A DNA stretch of 64,000 nt from an uncultured Actinomycetota bacterium (GCA_963839955.1 CAWIXB010000001.1:1887492-1951491); one strand, 5' to 3'; counted from the stretch's first letter, positions 49,698-59,251 are shown. Translations and numbers: made by a program. The notes: generated by a model from the sequence alone, not told the origin.

Positions 49698-50960
49698 TCA
49701 GACGCCCGCGAACTCCCAGTGCCAGGGCTCGGGCTTGCTGCCACCGGCCTGCGCCCAGCTCGGGTGGAACCAGCCGAAGCGGGGTCCGTTCTGCTGGAGC
49801 CAGTGGTGGGTGGGGGAGCTGAAGGACTGCGCGCCACCGCCGAGGTCGACCGCGGTGCCCCAGCCGTGGTTGGAGGTCCCGGGGTCGGCGCAGAGATTGC
49901 CCTTGGCCTTGCGGCACGCGACCTGGGCCTCGTAGCTGCGGTAGGAGTCGGTGACGAGGATCGGCTTGCTGAACTCGCGGGCGTAGGCCTTGCTCATCTC
50001 GCTGAACGCGTGCGCGGCATCGGCGCGCAGGACGTGCCACTCCGCGCCCCAGAGCGAGCACAGCGCCTGGCGGGGGATCTTGCCGTTGGGGTATGCGGAG
50101 ATGTCGGCGCCCTGGCAGGCACCGGGCGGCACCGTGATCTGGATCTGCACGACCTCGTTGCGACGGATGGCCTTGGCGCGGGCAATCGCGGCCGCGCGAG
50201 CCCGCTCCGCGGCGACCTGACGTGCCTTGGCCATCCGCACCGCCTCGTCCTCGGCGCGGCGGGCAGCGGCCTTGGTGTTGGCGGCTTCCTGCACGAGTCG
50301 CGCGACGAGGTCGCGCTGCTCGGCGACGAGCCGGTCGGCCTCGAGCTTGGCCTCTTCGGCCTGCCGCTGCATCCTCTCGGCGCGCTCACTGGCGGCGGCG
50401 GAGGCTTCCGCGGCGGCGTCGGCGCGGCGCTGCGCGGCAGCGAGGCGGTCGACAGAGAAGCTCTGCTGGTCTCCGACCCACTTCAGGTCGGCGGCCATCC
50501 TGCCCATCTCGGTCACGTCGCGGGCCTCGGCGAGCGAGCCGAGCATGGTGAGCTGCTCGCTGGACCCGTTGTTGCGGTAGGCCTCTGAGGCGAACCGGCC
50601 CATCGTGGCGCGCTCCTCGGCGGCGACGCGGCGCGCCTCGACGTACCTGGCCTCGCTGGCGATCGCCTCGGCACGCGCGTCACGAGCGGCGTCGCGGGCG
50701 GTGACATAGACGTCCAGGGCGGCACCCGCGCGCTGCGCGAGGTCACCGAGGCGGGTCTGGGCGACCTCAGACTTCTCGACCTGGTCGCCCGCGAGCTCCT
50801 TGAGCTGGGCGGCGGCCTGGCGCTGCTGGCGCAGCTGGGCGGCGGTGGGCGTCTCGTCGGCGGCGATCGCAGCGGGTGCGAGGCCGGCGCCCAGGCTGAA
50901 GATCACGGCGCCGGCCAGTGCGGCTCGCGTGAGGAAGGACGAAACAGGCAGGAGACGCAC
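49698..50960 (-). CDS. Secreted peptidoglycan hydrolase, M15 (VanY/D-Ala-D-Ala carboxypeptidase-like) domain with a long N-terminal coiled coil
   Basis: Signal peptide VRLLPVSSFLTRAALAGAVIFSLGAGLAPAAIAA. About 230-aa Ala/Arg/Glu-rich coiled coil. C-terminal SxHxxGxAxD zinc-binding M15 motif (GTSNHGWGTAVDL). GTG start is the in-frame codon inside track ORF 49698..51899. Confidence 0.7.
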   Translation of the reverse strand: MRLLPVSSFLTRAALAGAVIFSLGAGLAPAAIAADETPTAAQLRQQRQAAAQLKELAGDQVEKSEVAQTRLGDLAQRAGAALDVYVTARDAARDARAEAIASEARYVEARRVAAEERATMGRFASEAYRNNGSSEQLTMLGSLAEARDVTEMGRMAADLKWVGDQQSFSVDRLAAAQRRADAAAEASAAASERAERMQRQAEEAKLEADRLVAEQRDLVARLVQEAANTKAAARRAEDEAVRMAKARQVAAERARAAAIARAKAIRRNEVVQIQITVPPGACQGADISAYPNGKIPRQALCSLWGAEWHVLRADAAHAFSEMSKAYAREFSKPILVTDSYRSYEAQVACRKAKGNLCADPGTSNHGWGTAVDLGGGAQSFSSPTHHWLQQNGPRFGWFHPSWAQAGGSKPEPWHWEFAGV

Positions 50961-51185
50961 GAAGATGAACCCCGGGGAAGTCGGAATGATCTCACTGACG
51001 ACGCTACCTGAACCTCGGCTGATGCGCGCCCTCGCTTGAGCGTGACTAGTCCGTTCGGCCACGCCGGTGGTTCGGGCCACTTCCCGGTCGAGATTGGCGC
51101 CTCGGGCATGTCCCTTCCCGGACTGCCCGAACGTTTCAATGGTGAGGGTCCAAGGTGGGCTCTGCGAACGACGAGGAGGAGCCCT

Positions 51186-51533
51186 ATGCCCCAGTACCTG
51201 GCCCTGACCTACACCGCGGACGTGGACTGGTGGGCGCCCGAGCAGGCCAGCGAGCTCGCCGAGTACCGCCAGTTCGCGGTGGACCACGCGGGCAGCATCC
51301 TGTCCAGCGTCGTGCTGCACCCGACCGGCACGGCCACGGTCGTGCGGGTGCAGGGTGCCCGCGGGGGAGAGGTGATCACCACGGACGGGCCCTACGCGGA
51401 GACGAAGGAGGCGCTGACCGGCTACTACCTCATCGAGGCGGCAGACCTGGACGAAGCAGTAGCGATCGCCGCCGAGCTCCCCGCGGCCTGGGGTGGTGCG
51501 GTCGAGGTGCGCCCGGTCATCGCGTCCAAGTGA
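51186..51533 (+). CDS. YciI-like (DGPF domain) protein
   Basis: 115 aa. GAGGAGGAG RBS. Dimeric alpha+beta barrel family pattern DGPYAETKEALTGYYLIEA. Confidence 0.75.
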   Translation: MPQYLALTYTADVDWWAPEQASELAEYRQFAVDHAGSILSSVVLHPTGTATVVRVQGARGGEVITTDGPYAETKEALTGYYLIEAADLDEAVAIAAELPAAWGGAVEVRPVIASK

Positions 51534-51539
51534 GCGGGC

Positions 51540-52820
51540 ATGGTCGCTAGGCAAGCCAGCGCGCAGGACAGGGTCGCCGAGACGGTCCGGGTCGAGGGCG
51601 CGGTCATCCTCGCGACTCTGATCAGGACCGTCGGCGACGTCCAGGTCGCCGAGGACGCCGTGCAGGAGGCGACCCTGGCGGCGCTCGGCGCATGGCCGGT
51701 CACGGGGGTGCCGCCGCAGCCCCGTGCGTGGCTCACGCTCACCGCGCGACGGAAGGCCATCGACATCCTGCGGCGCGAGCGGGCCCGCCCGGGCAAGGAG
51801 CGCGACGGGCTGCAGATGATCGAGCTCACCAGGTCCGACCTGCCGACGGACGACGTCGTCCACGACGACCTGCTGCGACTGGTGTTCACCTGCTGCCATC
51901 CGGCCTTGTCACCGCCGACCAGGGTCGCCCTCGCCCTGCGGACCCTGTGTGGTCTCTCGCCGGCGCAGATCGCGGGAGTGCTCCTCACCAGCGAGGCCGC
52001 CACGACGAAGCGCCTGACCCGGGCTCGGCAGAAGATCGCGGCCGCGCACATTCCCTACCGGGTGCCGGCCGAGGATGAGCTGGGCGACCGGCTGCCGGCG
52101 GTGTGCGCCGTGATCCACAGCCTCTACACGGCGGGTCACGCGCCCGTCGACGGCGTTGTCGCGTACGACGTGGACGCGTGTGCCGAGGCGGTCCGGCTCG
52201 CCGAGCTCCTGCACGGGCTGCTGCCGGATGAGCCGATGCCTGCCGCCGTCCTGGCGCTGCTGCTGCTCACCGAGGCCCGCAGACCCGCGAGGCTCGACGT
52301 GCACGGACAGGTCGTGACCCTCGACCAGCAGGATCGCGGCCGGTGGGACGCCGCGGCCATCGGCCGCGGCATCGCGCTTCTCAATGACTCACTATTCCGC
52401 TCCGGCGGGCAGGCGGACGCCTATCAACTACAGGCTGCCATCGCGGCGGAGCACGCCCGTGCCGCCAGCTATGCGGACACCGACTGGACCGAGATCCTGC
52501 GGCTCTACGACCTGCTCGTGTCCATCGCGCCGAGTGACGCCGCCGGCCTGGGCCGGGCCGTTGCGGCAGCGGAGGCGACCGGCCCCGCGACGGCGCTGGC
52601 CATGCTGGCCGAGATCCCGCCGGGCCCGCGCTGGCATGCGGTGCGCGCCGAGCTGCTGGCGCGGGAGGGCCAATTCGCCGAGGCGGCCCGGGAACTCACT
52701 GAATCGCTGGCTGGACCGGCAACGCAACCGGAACGCGAGCACCGCACGCGACGCCGGGACGCATTTCTCGAGCGCGCCGAGCCGACCGAGCCGGTGAGGG
52801 ACGAGCCGGTCGAGCCGTGA
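51540..52820 (+). CDS. ECF-type RNA polymerase sigma-70 factor with a roughly 230-aa C-terminal extension
   Basis: Sigma region 2 (DAVQEATLAA). Region 4 HTH (LSPAQIAGVLLTSEAATTKRLTRARQKI). The YciI-sigma gene pair arrangement is common in actinobacteria. Confidence 0.8.
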   Translation: MVARQASAQDRVAETVRVEGAVILATLIRTVGDVQVAEDAVQEATLAALGAWPVTGVPPQPRAWLTLTARRKAIDILRRERARPGKERDGLQMIELTRSDLPTDDVVHDDLLRLVFTCCHPALSPPTRVALALRTLCGLSPAQIAGVLLTSEAATTKRLTRARQKIAAAHIPYRVPAEDELGDRLPAVCAVIHSLYTAGHAPVDGVVAYDVDACAEAVRLAELLHGLLPDEPMPAAVLALLLLTEARRPARLDVHGQVVTLDQQDRGRWDAAAIGRGIALLNDSLFRSGGQADAYQLQAAIAAEHARAASYADTDWTEILRLYDLLVSIAPSDAAGLGRAVAAAEATGPATALAMLAEIPPGPRWHAVRAELLAREGQFAEAARELTESLAGPATQPEREHRTRRRDAFLERAEPTEPVRDEPVEP

Positions 52821-52968
52821 CGGTGAGGGGCGCCAGGCACCCCTTCCACGGCTTCTTCGCCTCGTGCACTTAGTGCCGATAAGCGACATTATGTCAATCT
52901 GTTCGGCTTCCGGCCTGCAGAGGTTGACTCGGGGGCTCCCCTGACCTGCGCGTGATCCGTCGCCCGGG

Positions 52969-53535
52969 TCACTGCCCCGTTGCTGCCGCATACCGCAGGT
53001 AGACGACCCCGTTGCCGAATCGCCGCTGTTCCAACAGCTCGAGGTCGACGCGGACGCCGTCCGGAAAGAACCGGTTGCCGCCCCCGACGATGGCCGGTCC
53101 GATGAAGAGCTGGTACTCGTCGACCAGCCCGGCGCGCATCACCTGCGCCGCCAGGTGTGGCCCGTCGACGGTGAGGTCGTGGTCGGACCCGGCCTTCATC
53201 TCGCGCACCGTCTCCGGGTCGAAGGTCCGCTCGATCCGGGTCCGCTGACTGGAGACGTGGTTCAGCGTCGAGGAGTAGACGATCTTGTCGGTGCCCTGCC
53301 AGACCCGCGCGTACTCGAGGATGAACGGGTCCTGATCCGGCTCCGTGTGCGCGGTCTCCCAATAGACCATCGTCTCGTACATCCGGCGGCCGTACAGGTA
53401 CGTGCCGACCGATCGGAACCGTTCGTTGACGAACTCGTGCACCTCTCGTTCCGGAGTCCCCCAGCCGAAGTTGCCGTCGGCGTCACTGACGTATCCGTCG
53501 AGCGACGTCGCCATCGAGTAGATCAGCCTGCCCAT
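52969..53535 (-). CDS. Dihydrofolate reductase family protein (RibD C-terminal domain type)
   Basis: LIYSMATSLDGY, DELVVFIAPAIVGGG-like motif (DEYQLFIGPAIVGGG). Confidence 0.8.
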   Translation of the reverse strand: MGRLIYSMATSLDGYVSDADGNFGWGTPEREVHEFVNERFRSVGTYLYGRRMYETMVYWETAHTEPDQDPFILEYARVWQGTDKIVYSSTLNHVSSQRTRIERTFDPETVREMKAGSDHDLTVDGPHLAAQVMRAGLVDEYQLFIGPAIVGGGNRFFPDGVRVDLELLEQRRFGNGVVYLRYAAATGQ

Positions 53536-54758
53536 TCGGTGTCTCCATCCGTGAACGAGAGCGAGGCCGAGACCGCTGGTCCGGTCGGCGCGGCCCGGCC
53601 AAGCGACGAGCGCCGGAGGCCGGGAGTCAGGGCCAGCGTCACGAGCACCGACAACACGCCGAGCACGCCCATCGCGGTCGCGGTCTCCAGCCGGGTGGCC
53701 AGCAGGCCCCCGAGCAGCGCCCCTAGTGCCTGGCCGACCATCATCCCGTTCATCGCGAGCCCGAGGGTCTGCCCCCGGGACGCATCGTCGGAGGTGCGCA
53801 CGAGCCGGTCCTGCAGCGGCAGCGAGGCGGTGTAGCCGATCGCCGAGCAGAACGCGACGACCAGCACCACGCCGATCGGCGGCGACAGGAGCAGGACCAG
53901 CCAGGGCACGGCCAGCAGCAGTCGCAGCGGCTCGACCAGCCGGTCGCGGAGCCTGGGTGGGACGAAGCGCCCCATGACGATGTCGCCAAGCAGCATCCCG
54001 CCTGCGGTCACAGCGAACACGTAGCCCGCGTGCTCGGTCAGCGGCACGAAGAGCGCCTCACAGCCGACGATGATGCCGTTGGGCACCCACAGGCACAGGT
54101 AGATCGGCCGGGTCACCGGCGAGCGCAGCAGCGTCGCGTTCAGGACGCGGGTCCGGCGCACCAGGCCGGCCTCGGACGGTACGGCCGGCCGGTCCGCGAT
54201 CCCCCGCCAGATGGCCACCACGAGCAGCAGGTCGACGGCTGTCGCGATCAGGAACAGCTCGCCGGCGGCGAACCAGGCGAGCAGCAGCCCGCCGGCGCCG
54301 TACCCGACGATCTGGAACACGCCCACGGCCGCATTGAGCGTGGACCGGCCGAGCAGGAAGCCGTCCTCCCCCACGATCTGGGCGAGCAGCTTCAACGCGC
54401 TGCCGCCTGTCGCGGAGTTGACCACGTAGGGAATGGCGAGGATCGCGAACCGGGCCTGCCACGACAGCCCCGGGAGCGCCTGGAGCCCGTGCGCAGCCAG
54501 CCCTCCCCCGGCCGTGAGCAGGAGGGCGGTGCGGGGGCGCAAGCTGTCCGAGGCGCCGAGAATCGTGGCGGAGCCGATCAGGGTGATCAGCGGCCCGCCG
54601 AACAGACTGAGCGCGGTCAGCACGGTCGAGCCGGTCTCGGCGTACGTGATGGTGCCGAGTGCGAGCGAGGCGATCGACATCGAACCGACGGTCAGGCAAC
54701 GGGTCAGGAACAGCGTCCGGAACTCGGGCAGCGAGAACAACTCACGGTAGGTGCGCAC
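53523..54758 (-). CDS. MFS transporter
   Basis: 12 predicted TM helices. N-terminal YRELFSLPEFRTLFLTR pattern of actinobacterial MFS_3. Start placed at GTG (residue 54 of track ORF 53523..54917). Start uncertain. Confidence 0.7.
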   Translation of the reverse strand: MRTYRELFSLPEFRTLFLTRCLTVGSMSIASLALGTITYAETGSTVLTALSLFGGPLITLIGSATILGASDSLRPRTALLLTAGGGLAAHGLQALPGLSWQARFAILAIPYVVNSATGGSALKLLAQIVGEDGFLLGRSTLNAAVGVFQIVGYGAGGLLLAWFAAGELFLIATAVDLLLVVAIWRGIADRPAVPSEAGLVRRTRVLNATLLRSPVTRPIYLCLWVPNGIIVGCEALFVPLTEHAGYVFAVTAGGMLLGDIVMGRFVPPRLRDRLVEPLRLLLAVPWLVLLLSPPIGVVLVVAFCSAIGYTASLPLQDRLVRTSDDASRGQTLGLAMNGMMVGQALGALLGGLLATRLETATAMGVLGVLSVLVTLALTPGLRRSSLGRAAPTGPAVSASLSFTDGDTEWAG

Positions 54759-54816
54759 GGAGCAGAGCCTTACGCCGGTTGACCGACCGGCATAATGATT
54801 CGCGAGGAGGCGAAAC

Positions 54817-55803
54817 ATGGGCACCTGGTTGGTCTCCGCCGATCTGCTCGCGCGGAGCCGGTTCACGGTGTCGCCGTGGCAGGAGACTGTCGGCGCTCTC
54901 GCTCTGCTCGGCGGCACGCGCGGGCTGCACCTGCAGCCGTGGGAACGCAGCTTCCGCGCCGGTCACGTCGAGTCGTTCGGCCAGATGCTGGATGCGTACC
55001 CGGTACGCCGAGAGCTGCTGCCGTGGTTCAGCCGTCCGCGGCGGCCCGGGCGACCCGGCTGGGTCGCCGACTTCCTTACCCATGCTCCACCGGGTGTCGA
55101 CCCGACGTTCGAGGACGAGCTCGCGCTCCTCGACACCTGGAGCGACGCCGCGATCCGCCGCGAGCTCGAGTGGGTGCAAGAGCGAGAGCTGCCCGGCCGA
55201 CTGCGGCGTGCACCGCTGGGCGACGAGGTGGGCGGGCTCATGGAGTGGGTGTGGACGGCCGCGGTCAGCGCGGACTGGCCGCGTCGCAGGAGGGTGCTCC
55301 AGGCCGACATCGTGTCCCGCACCGCACGGCTGGCGACCAAGGGATGGGCGGCCGTTCTCGACGGCCTGTCCGCGAAGTCGCGCTGGGAGGGCAACGGCGA
55401 ACTCCGGATCAACGACTACGACCTTCCGACGCGCGACCTGACGACCGCGACGGATCTCTACTTCGTGCCGACCACGAGCGCCACCAACACCAGCGGGTGG
55501 ACCAAGCCAGCGAGCTACGCCGTCATCTACCCGGTCACGGGCATGCTCGCGCCGACCGGCAGCGATGCAAGCGGCGGGCTGGCCCGCCTGGTCGGCGGCA
55601 ACCGCGCCACCCTGCTGCGCGCGCTGGACGTTCCGCACAGCACGACCCAGCTGGCGACCCTCACCGGCCTGCCGCTGGGTTCGGTCGGCAACCACCTGCG
55701 GGTGCTGCTGGACTCCGGCGCCGTGCTGCGCCGGCGGTCCGGCCGCGAGGTGCTCTATTGGCGGACCGCACTCGGCGACGCCCTCTGCGCCAGCGGCGGC
55801 TGA
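54817..55803 (+). CDS. Transcriptional regulator with a C-terminal ArsR-type winged HTH (DUF5937-like N-terminal domain)
   Basis: C-terminal LLRALDVPHSTTQLATLTGLPLGSVGNHLRVLLDSGAVL. Divergent from the MFS gene. Confidence 0.65.
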   Translation: MGTWLVSADLLARSRFTVSPWQETVGALALLGGTRGLHLQPWERSFRAGHVESFGQMLDAYPVRRELLPWFSRPRRPGRPGWVADFLTHAPPGVDPTFEDELALLDTWSDAAIRRELEWVQERELPGRLRRAPLGDEVGGLMEWVWTAAVSADWPRRRRVLQADIVSRTARLATKGWAAVLDGLSAKSRWEGNGELRINDYDLPTRDLTTATDLYFVPTTSATNTSGWTKPASYAVIYPVTGMLAPTGSDASGGLARLVGGNRATLLRALDVPHSTTQLATLTGLPLGSVGNHLRVLLDSGAVLRRRSGREVLYWRTALGDALCASGG

Positions 55804-55821
55804 CCCGTCATCCGGACGTCG

Positions 55822-56663
55822 TCAGCGCGGCTGGTACTCGGTGATCAGGACCGAGATGGTGACCGGCCCGAGACAGGGGCGGGAGGGAGCCGTCGCGCGG
55901 TCCAGGTGGCGTGCGGTTGGGCTCATGTCCAGCAGGTCCTGTGACTGTTGGCCGGTCAAGGGCGCGGAGTACTCGACACGCTCGGTGGCCGCCGCGTCGA
56001 AGAACGGGCTCAGCGCTTGATGCAGCCGCTGTTCCTTCGCCGGGTCGACGGACACCATCTCGGGCACCTGGTCACGAAGCTCGGCGAGGTGCCGGTCCGT
56101 TGGGCGTACGACGATCAAGCGACCTGCCGGCCGGAGAATCCGAAGTAACTCGGCAGGGTTGCGTGGTGCGAACACGTCGAGGACGAGGTCGGCGACCGCG
56201 CTCGCCAGCGGCAGCGGACGAAAGATGTCCCAGGTTGCCGCTGCGGCACGCTCGTGTGCCCGAACCGCTGCGCGCAGCGCGGGCGCGGAGGTGTCCAGGC
56301 CCAGCCCCAGGAATCCGGGCAGGCGGTTGAGCACGCCGGCCAGGTAGTAGCCGGTTCCGCACCCGCATCCACCAGAGCGCCGCGCTCCGGAGCGGTTGCG
56401 GCCGCCCTGTCGGCGACCGCCACACGCACCGGTTCGTAGCAGCCGGTGCTGAGGAACCGGCCGCGTGCCGCGACCATGGCGGCGTCGTCTCCACTGGTGG
56501 GTCGCCTGCCTGCGAGCAGGCCGACGTAGCCCTGGCGGGCGACGTCGAAGGTGTGACGCTGCGGGCACTGAACCGCGCCCTCGCCCGCGTGCAGCCGACC
56601 GCCGCACGTGGGGCAGCGCAGCAGACGCAGGAGATGCTCGCCGAGTGCCGGAGGAAGTGACAC
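55822..56663 (-). pseudogene. rlmA-like 23S rRNA (guanine-N1) methyltransferase interrupted by a -1 frameshift (or sequencing error) near 56365
   Basis: N-terminal Zn-ribbon LRCPTCGGRL...CPQRHTFDVARQGYVGLL in one frame (track ORF 56115..56663). SAM motif GCGTGYY and the remaining methyltransferase domain in the -1 frame (track ORF 55822..56700). The D-x-G-C-G motif is split by one missing nucleotide. Confidence 0.55.
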
Positions 56664-56714
56664 GGGACCGGGATCGTAGCGCCCGTCCAGGCGTCCACAC
56701 CCCCCATCATCTCG

Positions 56715-57551
56715 CTAGCCGGGCGTCGCGTCGCGTTCGCTTCTTTCAGCGACGCTTCGGGCTTGCCCTTCGTGTATGTCGCTCACCCATTCCCAGCCGG
56801 GCTTGGCCGATGGGCCGATCCGCGGGTCGTCCTGACCGCCGCCGTCACGCAGGGCTTGCACGTACGCGCGGTCCTGTTCGATCCGTGCGCGTACCTGATC
56901 AGCTCCGCCGACTGACCCGTGACCCGGGATGACGACATCGACGTCGTCCGCCACGCCCTCCAGCAGCCTCAGCCCTGCGAGGTAGTCCTCGATCGGGTCA
57001 TTGGTGCCGTTGAAGTTGTCGAGCATCGGGATGAAGACATCCGAGAGCATGTCGCCGGCGACGAGAACCCCGCGATCCTCGATCAACAGTGCCGCATGTC
57101 CCGGGGAATGTGCCGGATGCTCGATGATCCGGACTTGAGGACCATCCCAAGGAATCTGTGCGGTTCCGGCGGGCAGACCGGTGATGAGGCCAAACAGGTC
57201 CAGCGGTGTCTCGTCGGCGATCTCTGGCGGTAACCCCTCGGCGACGCGGGCCTCCCAGTCCGCGTTCGACCGCACGTCTCGCATGAAGGCTGCGCAGCGG
57301 GCTGTGCCGTAACGGGGTACTTCGCCGAGCTCGGTGTGCCAGAGCACGTGATCCCAGTCAGGATGCGTCGCGAAGCCTGCCACAACGGGCTGGCCCAACT
57401 CGCGAACGTCGTTCGCGAGGCAGGCCATTTCGGAGCCTTCTATCCCGGGGTCGACGAGCAACACGCCGGCCCGGCCTTGCACGACCGCTGTGTTGTTCGC
57501 GAGTAGCTCGCTCTGGTGGACCAGCACACCTTCCGCGACCTGCGTCAGCAT
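56715..57551 (-). CDS. MBL-fold metallo-hydrolase
   Basis: HxHxDH motif (ATHPDWDHV) and downstream His/Asp ligands. Start at the internal ATG (residue 26 of track ORF 56715..57626). Confidence 0.75.
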   Translation of the reverse strand: MLTQVAEGVLVHQSELLANNTAVVQGRAGVLLVDPGIEGSEMACLANDVRELGQPVVAGFATHPDWDHVLWHTELGEVPRYGTARCAAFMRDVRSNADWEARVAEGLPPEIADETPLDLFGLITGLPAGTAQIPWDGPQVRIIEHPAHSPGHAALLIEDRGVLVAGDMLSDVFIPMLDNFNGTNDPIEDYLAGLRLLEGVADDVDVVIPGHGSVGGADQVRARIEQDRAYVQALRDGGGQDDPRIGPSAKPGWEWVSDIHEGQARSVAERSERDATPG

Positions 57552-57681
57552 GGGGCTCCTTCCGCGTGTGGCTTGCGTCTCGGCCGGCACCGGATCGGCT
57601 CGTGCTCGAGATCGAACCCCTGTCACGGATCCGCGCCCCGAAACCCTGTCAGAAAGGCGTGACGCTCACCACACGAACGAC

Positions 57682-57697
57682 TCGAACATATGTTCTA
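57682..57697. promoter_or_regulatory. LexA-type SOS box (Cheo box) TCGAACATATGTTCTA, perfect GAAC-N4-GTTC palindrome, immediately upstream of the radical SAM gene start
   Basis: Seen directly at 57684-57695 (GAACATATGTTC). Matches the Gram-positive/mycobacterial LexA operator consensus TCGAAC-N4-GTTCGA in 14 of 16 positions. Confidence 0.55.
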
Positions 57698-59251
57698 ATG
57701 GAAGCCGTGCGGTGGGACGAGCTCCGACTGGACGGACCGGCCGACGACGGCGCTGCGGCGGGTCCGGTGCCGCTGCTCCCCCGCGGCTCGGTGACCCGCA
57801 CCTTCGACACGCCGGGGTTCCGCGGCATCACGTTCCACGAGGTCACGGCGCGGTCGGCGCTCAACAAGGTCCCCGAGGCCTCACACATGCCGTTCCGCTG
57901 GACCATCAACCCCTATCGCGGCTGCAGCCATGCGTGTGTCTACTGCCTGAGCGGCGACACCCTCATTCTCATGGGTGACGGCCGGGCCAAGCCGTTGTCC
58001 GCCGTACGAGCGGGAGACGTCGTCTACGGCGCCGAGGTGCGCGGCCGCTACCCGCGCTACGTCCGGACGGACGTCCTCGCGCACTGGGAGACCACCAAGC
58101 CGGCCTACCGCGTCACCCTCGCCGACGGGACACAACTCGTCGCAAGCGGCGACCACCGGTTCCTGACCGAGCGCGGCTGGAAGCACGTCTGCTCCGACCA
58201 CGACGCTCTCGCGACCGACGACTCCTTGTTGGGCTTCGGGGACAGTAGCCCGCCGCCTCTCGGGACGGCGATCAAGAGCACCGCAGCCCTTTTCGTCGTC
58301 TCGGTGGTGCCGCTCGGGATCGAGATGCCGATGTTCGACATCACCACCGGCACCGGTGACTTCATCGCCAACGGCGTGGTGAGCCACAACTGCTTTGCGC
58401 GCAAGACGCACGAGTACCTCGAGCTCGACGCCGGCCACGACTTCGACTCGCAGATCGTCGTCAAGACCAATGTCGGCGAGGTGCTGCGCCGCGAGCTGGC
58501 CCGACCGTCCTGGCAGGGCGAGCACGTCGCGATGGGCACCAACGTGGACTGCTACCAGCGTGCCGAGGGGCGCTACCGGCTGATGCCCGAGATCCTCAGC
58601 GCGCTCTCGGACGCCGCAAACCCGTTCTCCATCCTCACCAAGGGCGCGCTGCTCCTGCGCGACCTCGACCTGCTCGTCGCCGCGGCCGAGCGCACCGATG
58701 TCTCCACCGCGGTCTCGGTCGGCTTCCTCGACGAGGACGTGTGGCGCTCGGTGGAGCCGGGGACGCCGTCGCCCCGGCGCCGGCTCGAGGTGTGCCGGTC
58801 ACTCAACGAGGCGGGCATCCCGTGCGGGGTCCTGCTCGCGCCGGTGCTGCCCTTCCTCGCCGACTCCGACGCCGCGCTCGACGCAGCGGTGGCCGCCGCC
58901 GCCGAGGCCGGCGCGGGCTACGTCTCGCCGATCGCCCTGCACCTACGTCCGGGCGCCCGCGAGTGGTGGCAGGCGTGGCTGCGCCGCGAGCGCCCCGACC
59001 TGCTCCCCCGCTACGCCGACCTCTACGGCACCCGCTCCTACGCGCCCAAGAGCTACCAGCGCGACATCACCGAGCGAGTGCGCGCCGCAGCCGCCCGCCA
59101 CGGCGTCGGCCGCAATTCGGTACGCCGTGGCCGGCTCGTCCCGCAACGGTCACGGTTGCGTGGCGCCGACCCGACCGTCGCGGCCTCACCCGCAGCGGCC
59201 GGACAGGTGAGCCAGGCGGACCGTTCGGCCGCCCAGCTCACCCTGCTCTGA
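57698..59251 (+). CDS. SplB-like radical SAM protein (COG1533 DNA repair photolyase family) whose CxxxCxxC motif is interrupted by a mini-intein
   Basis: Extein sequence WTINPYRGCSHACVY | intein | CFARKTHEYLELD reconstitutes CSHACVYC. ATG at 57698 (residue 45 of track ORF 57566..59251). Confidence 0.8.
   Translation: MEAVRWDELRLDGPADDGAAAGPVPLLPRGSVTRTFDTPGFRGITFHEVTARSALNKVPEASHMPFRWTINPYRGCSHACVYCLSGDTLILMGDGRAKPLSAVRAGDVVYGAEVRGRYPRYVRTDVLAHWETTKPAYRVTLADGTQLVASGDHRFLTERGWKHVCSDHDALATDDSLLGFGDSSPPPLGTAIKSTAALFVVSVVPLGIEMPMFDITTGTGDFIANGVVSHNCFARKTHEYLELDAGHDFDSQIVVKTNVGEVLRRELARPSWQGEHVAMGTNVDCYQRAEGRYRLMPEILSALSDAANPFSILTKGALLLRDLDLLVAAAERTDVSTAVSVGFLDEDVWRSVEPGTPSPRRRLEVCRSLNEAGIPCGVLLAPVLPFLADSDAALDAAVAAAAEAGAGYVSPIALHLRPGAREWWQAWLRRERPDLLPRYADLYGTRSYAPKSYQRDITERVRAAAARHGVGRNSVRRGRLVPQRSRLRGADPTVAASPAAAGQVSQADRSAAQLTLL
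57944..58390 (+). mobile_element. Mini-intein (149 aa, no homing endonuclease domain) inserted at the third Cys of the radical SAM motif
   Basis: Block A CLSGDTLIL. Block B GDHRFLT. Block F/G DFIANGVVSHN followed by the +1 Cys. In frame with the host protein. Confidence 0.75.

Noticed and set aside
57620-57680. PafBC-type RecA-NDp promoter motif upstream of the radical SAM gene (two CCCTGTCA repeats)
   Set aside because: Does not match the TGTCRGTG-N8-TANNNT consensus closely enough (TGTCACGG / TGTCAGAA). Retained only as a minor note under the SOS-box finding.
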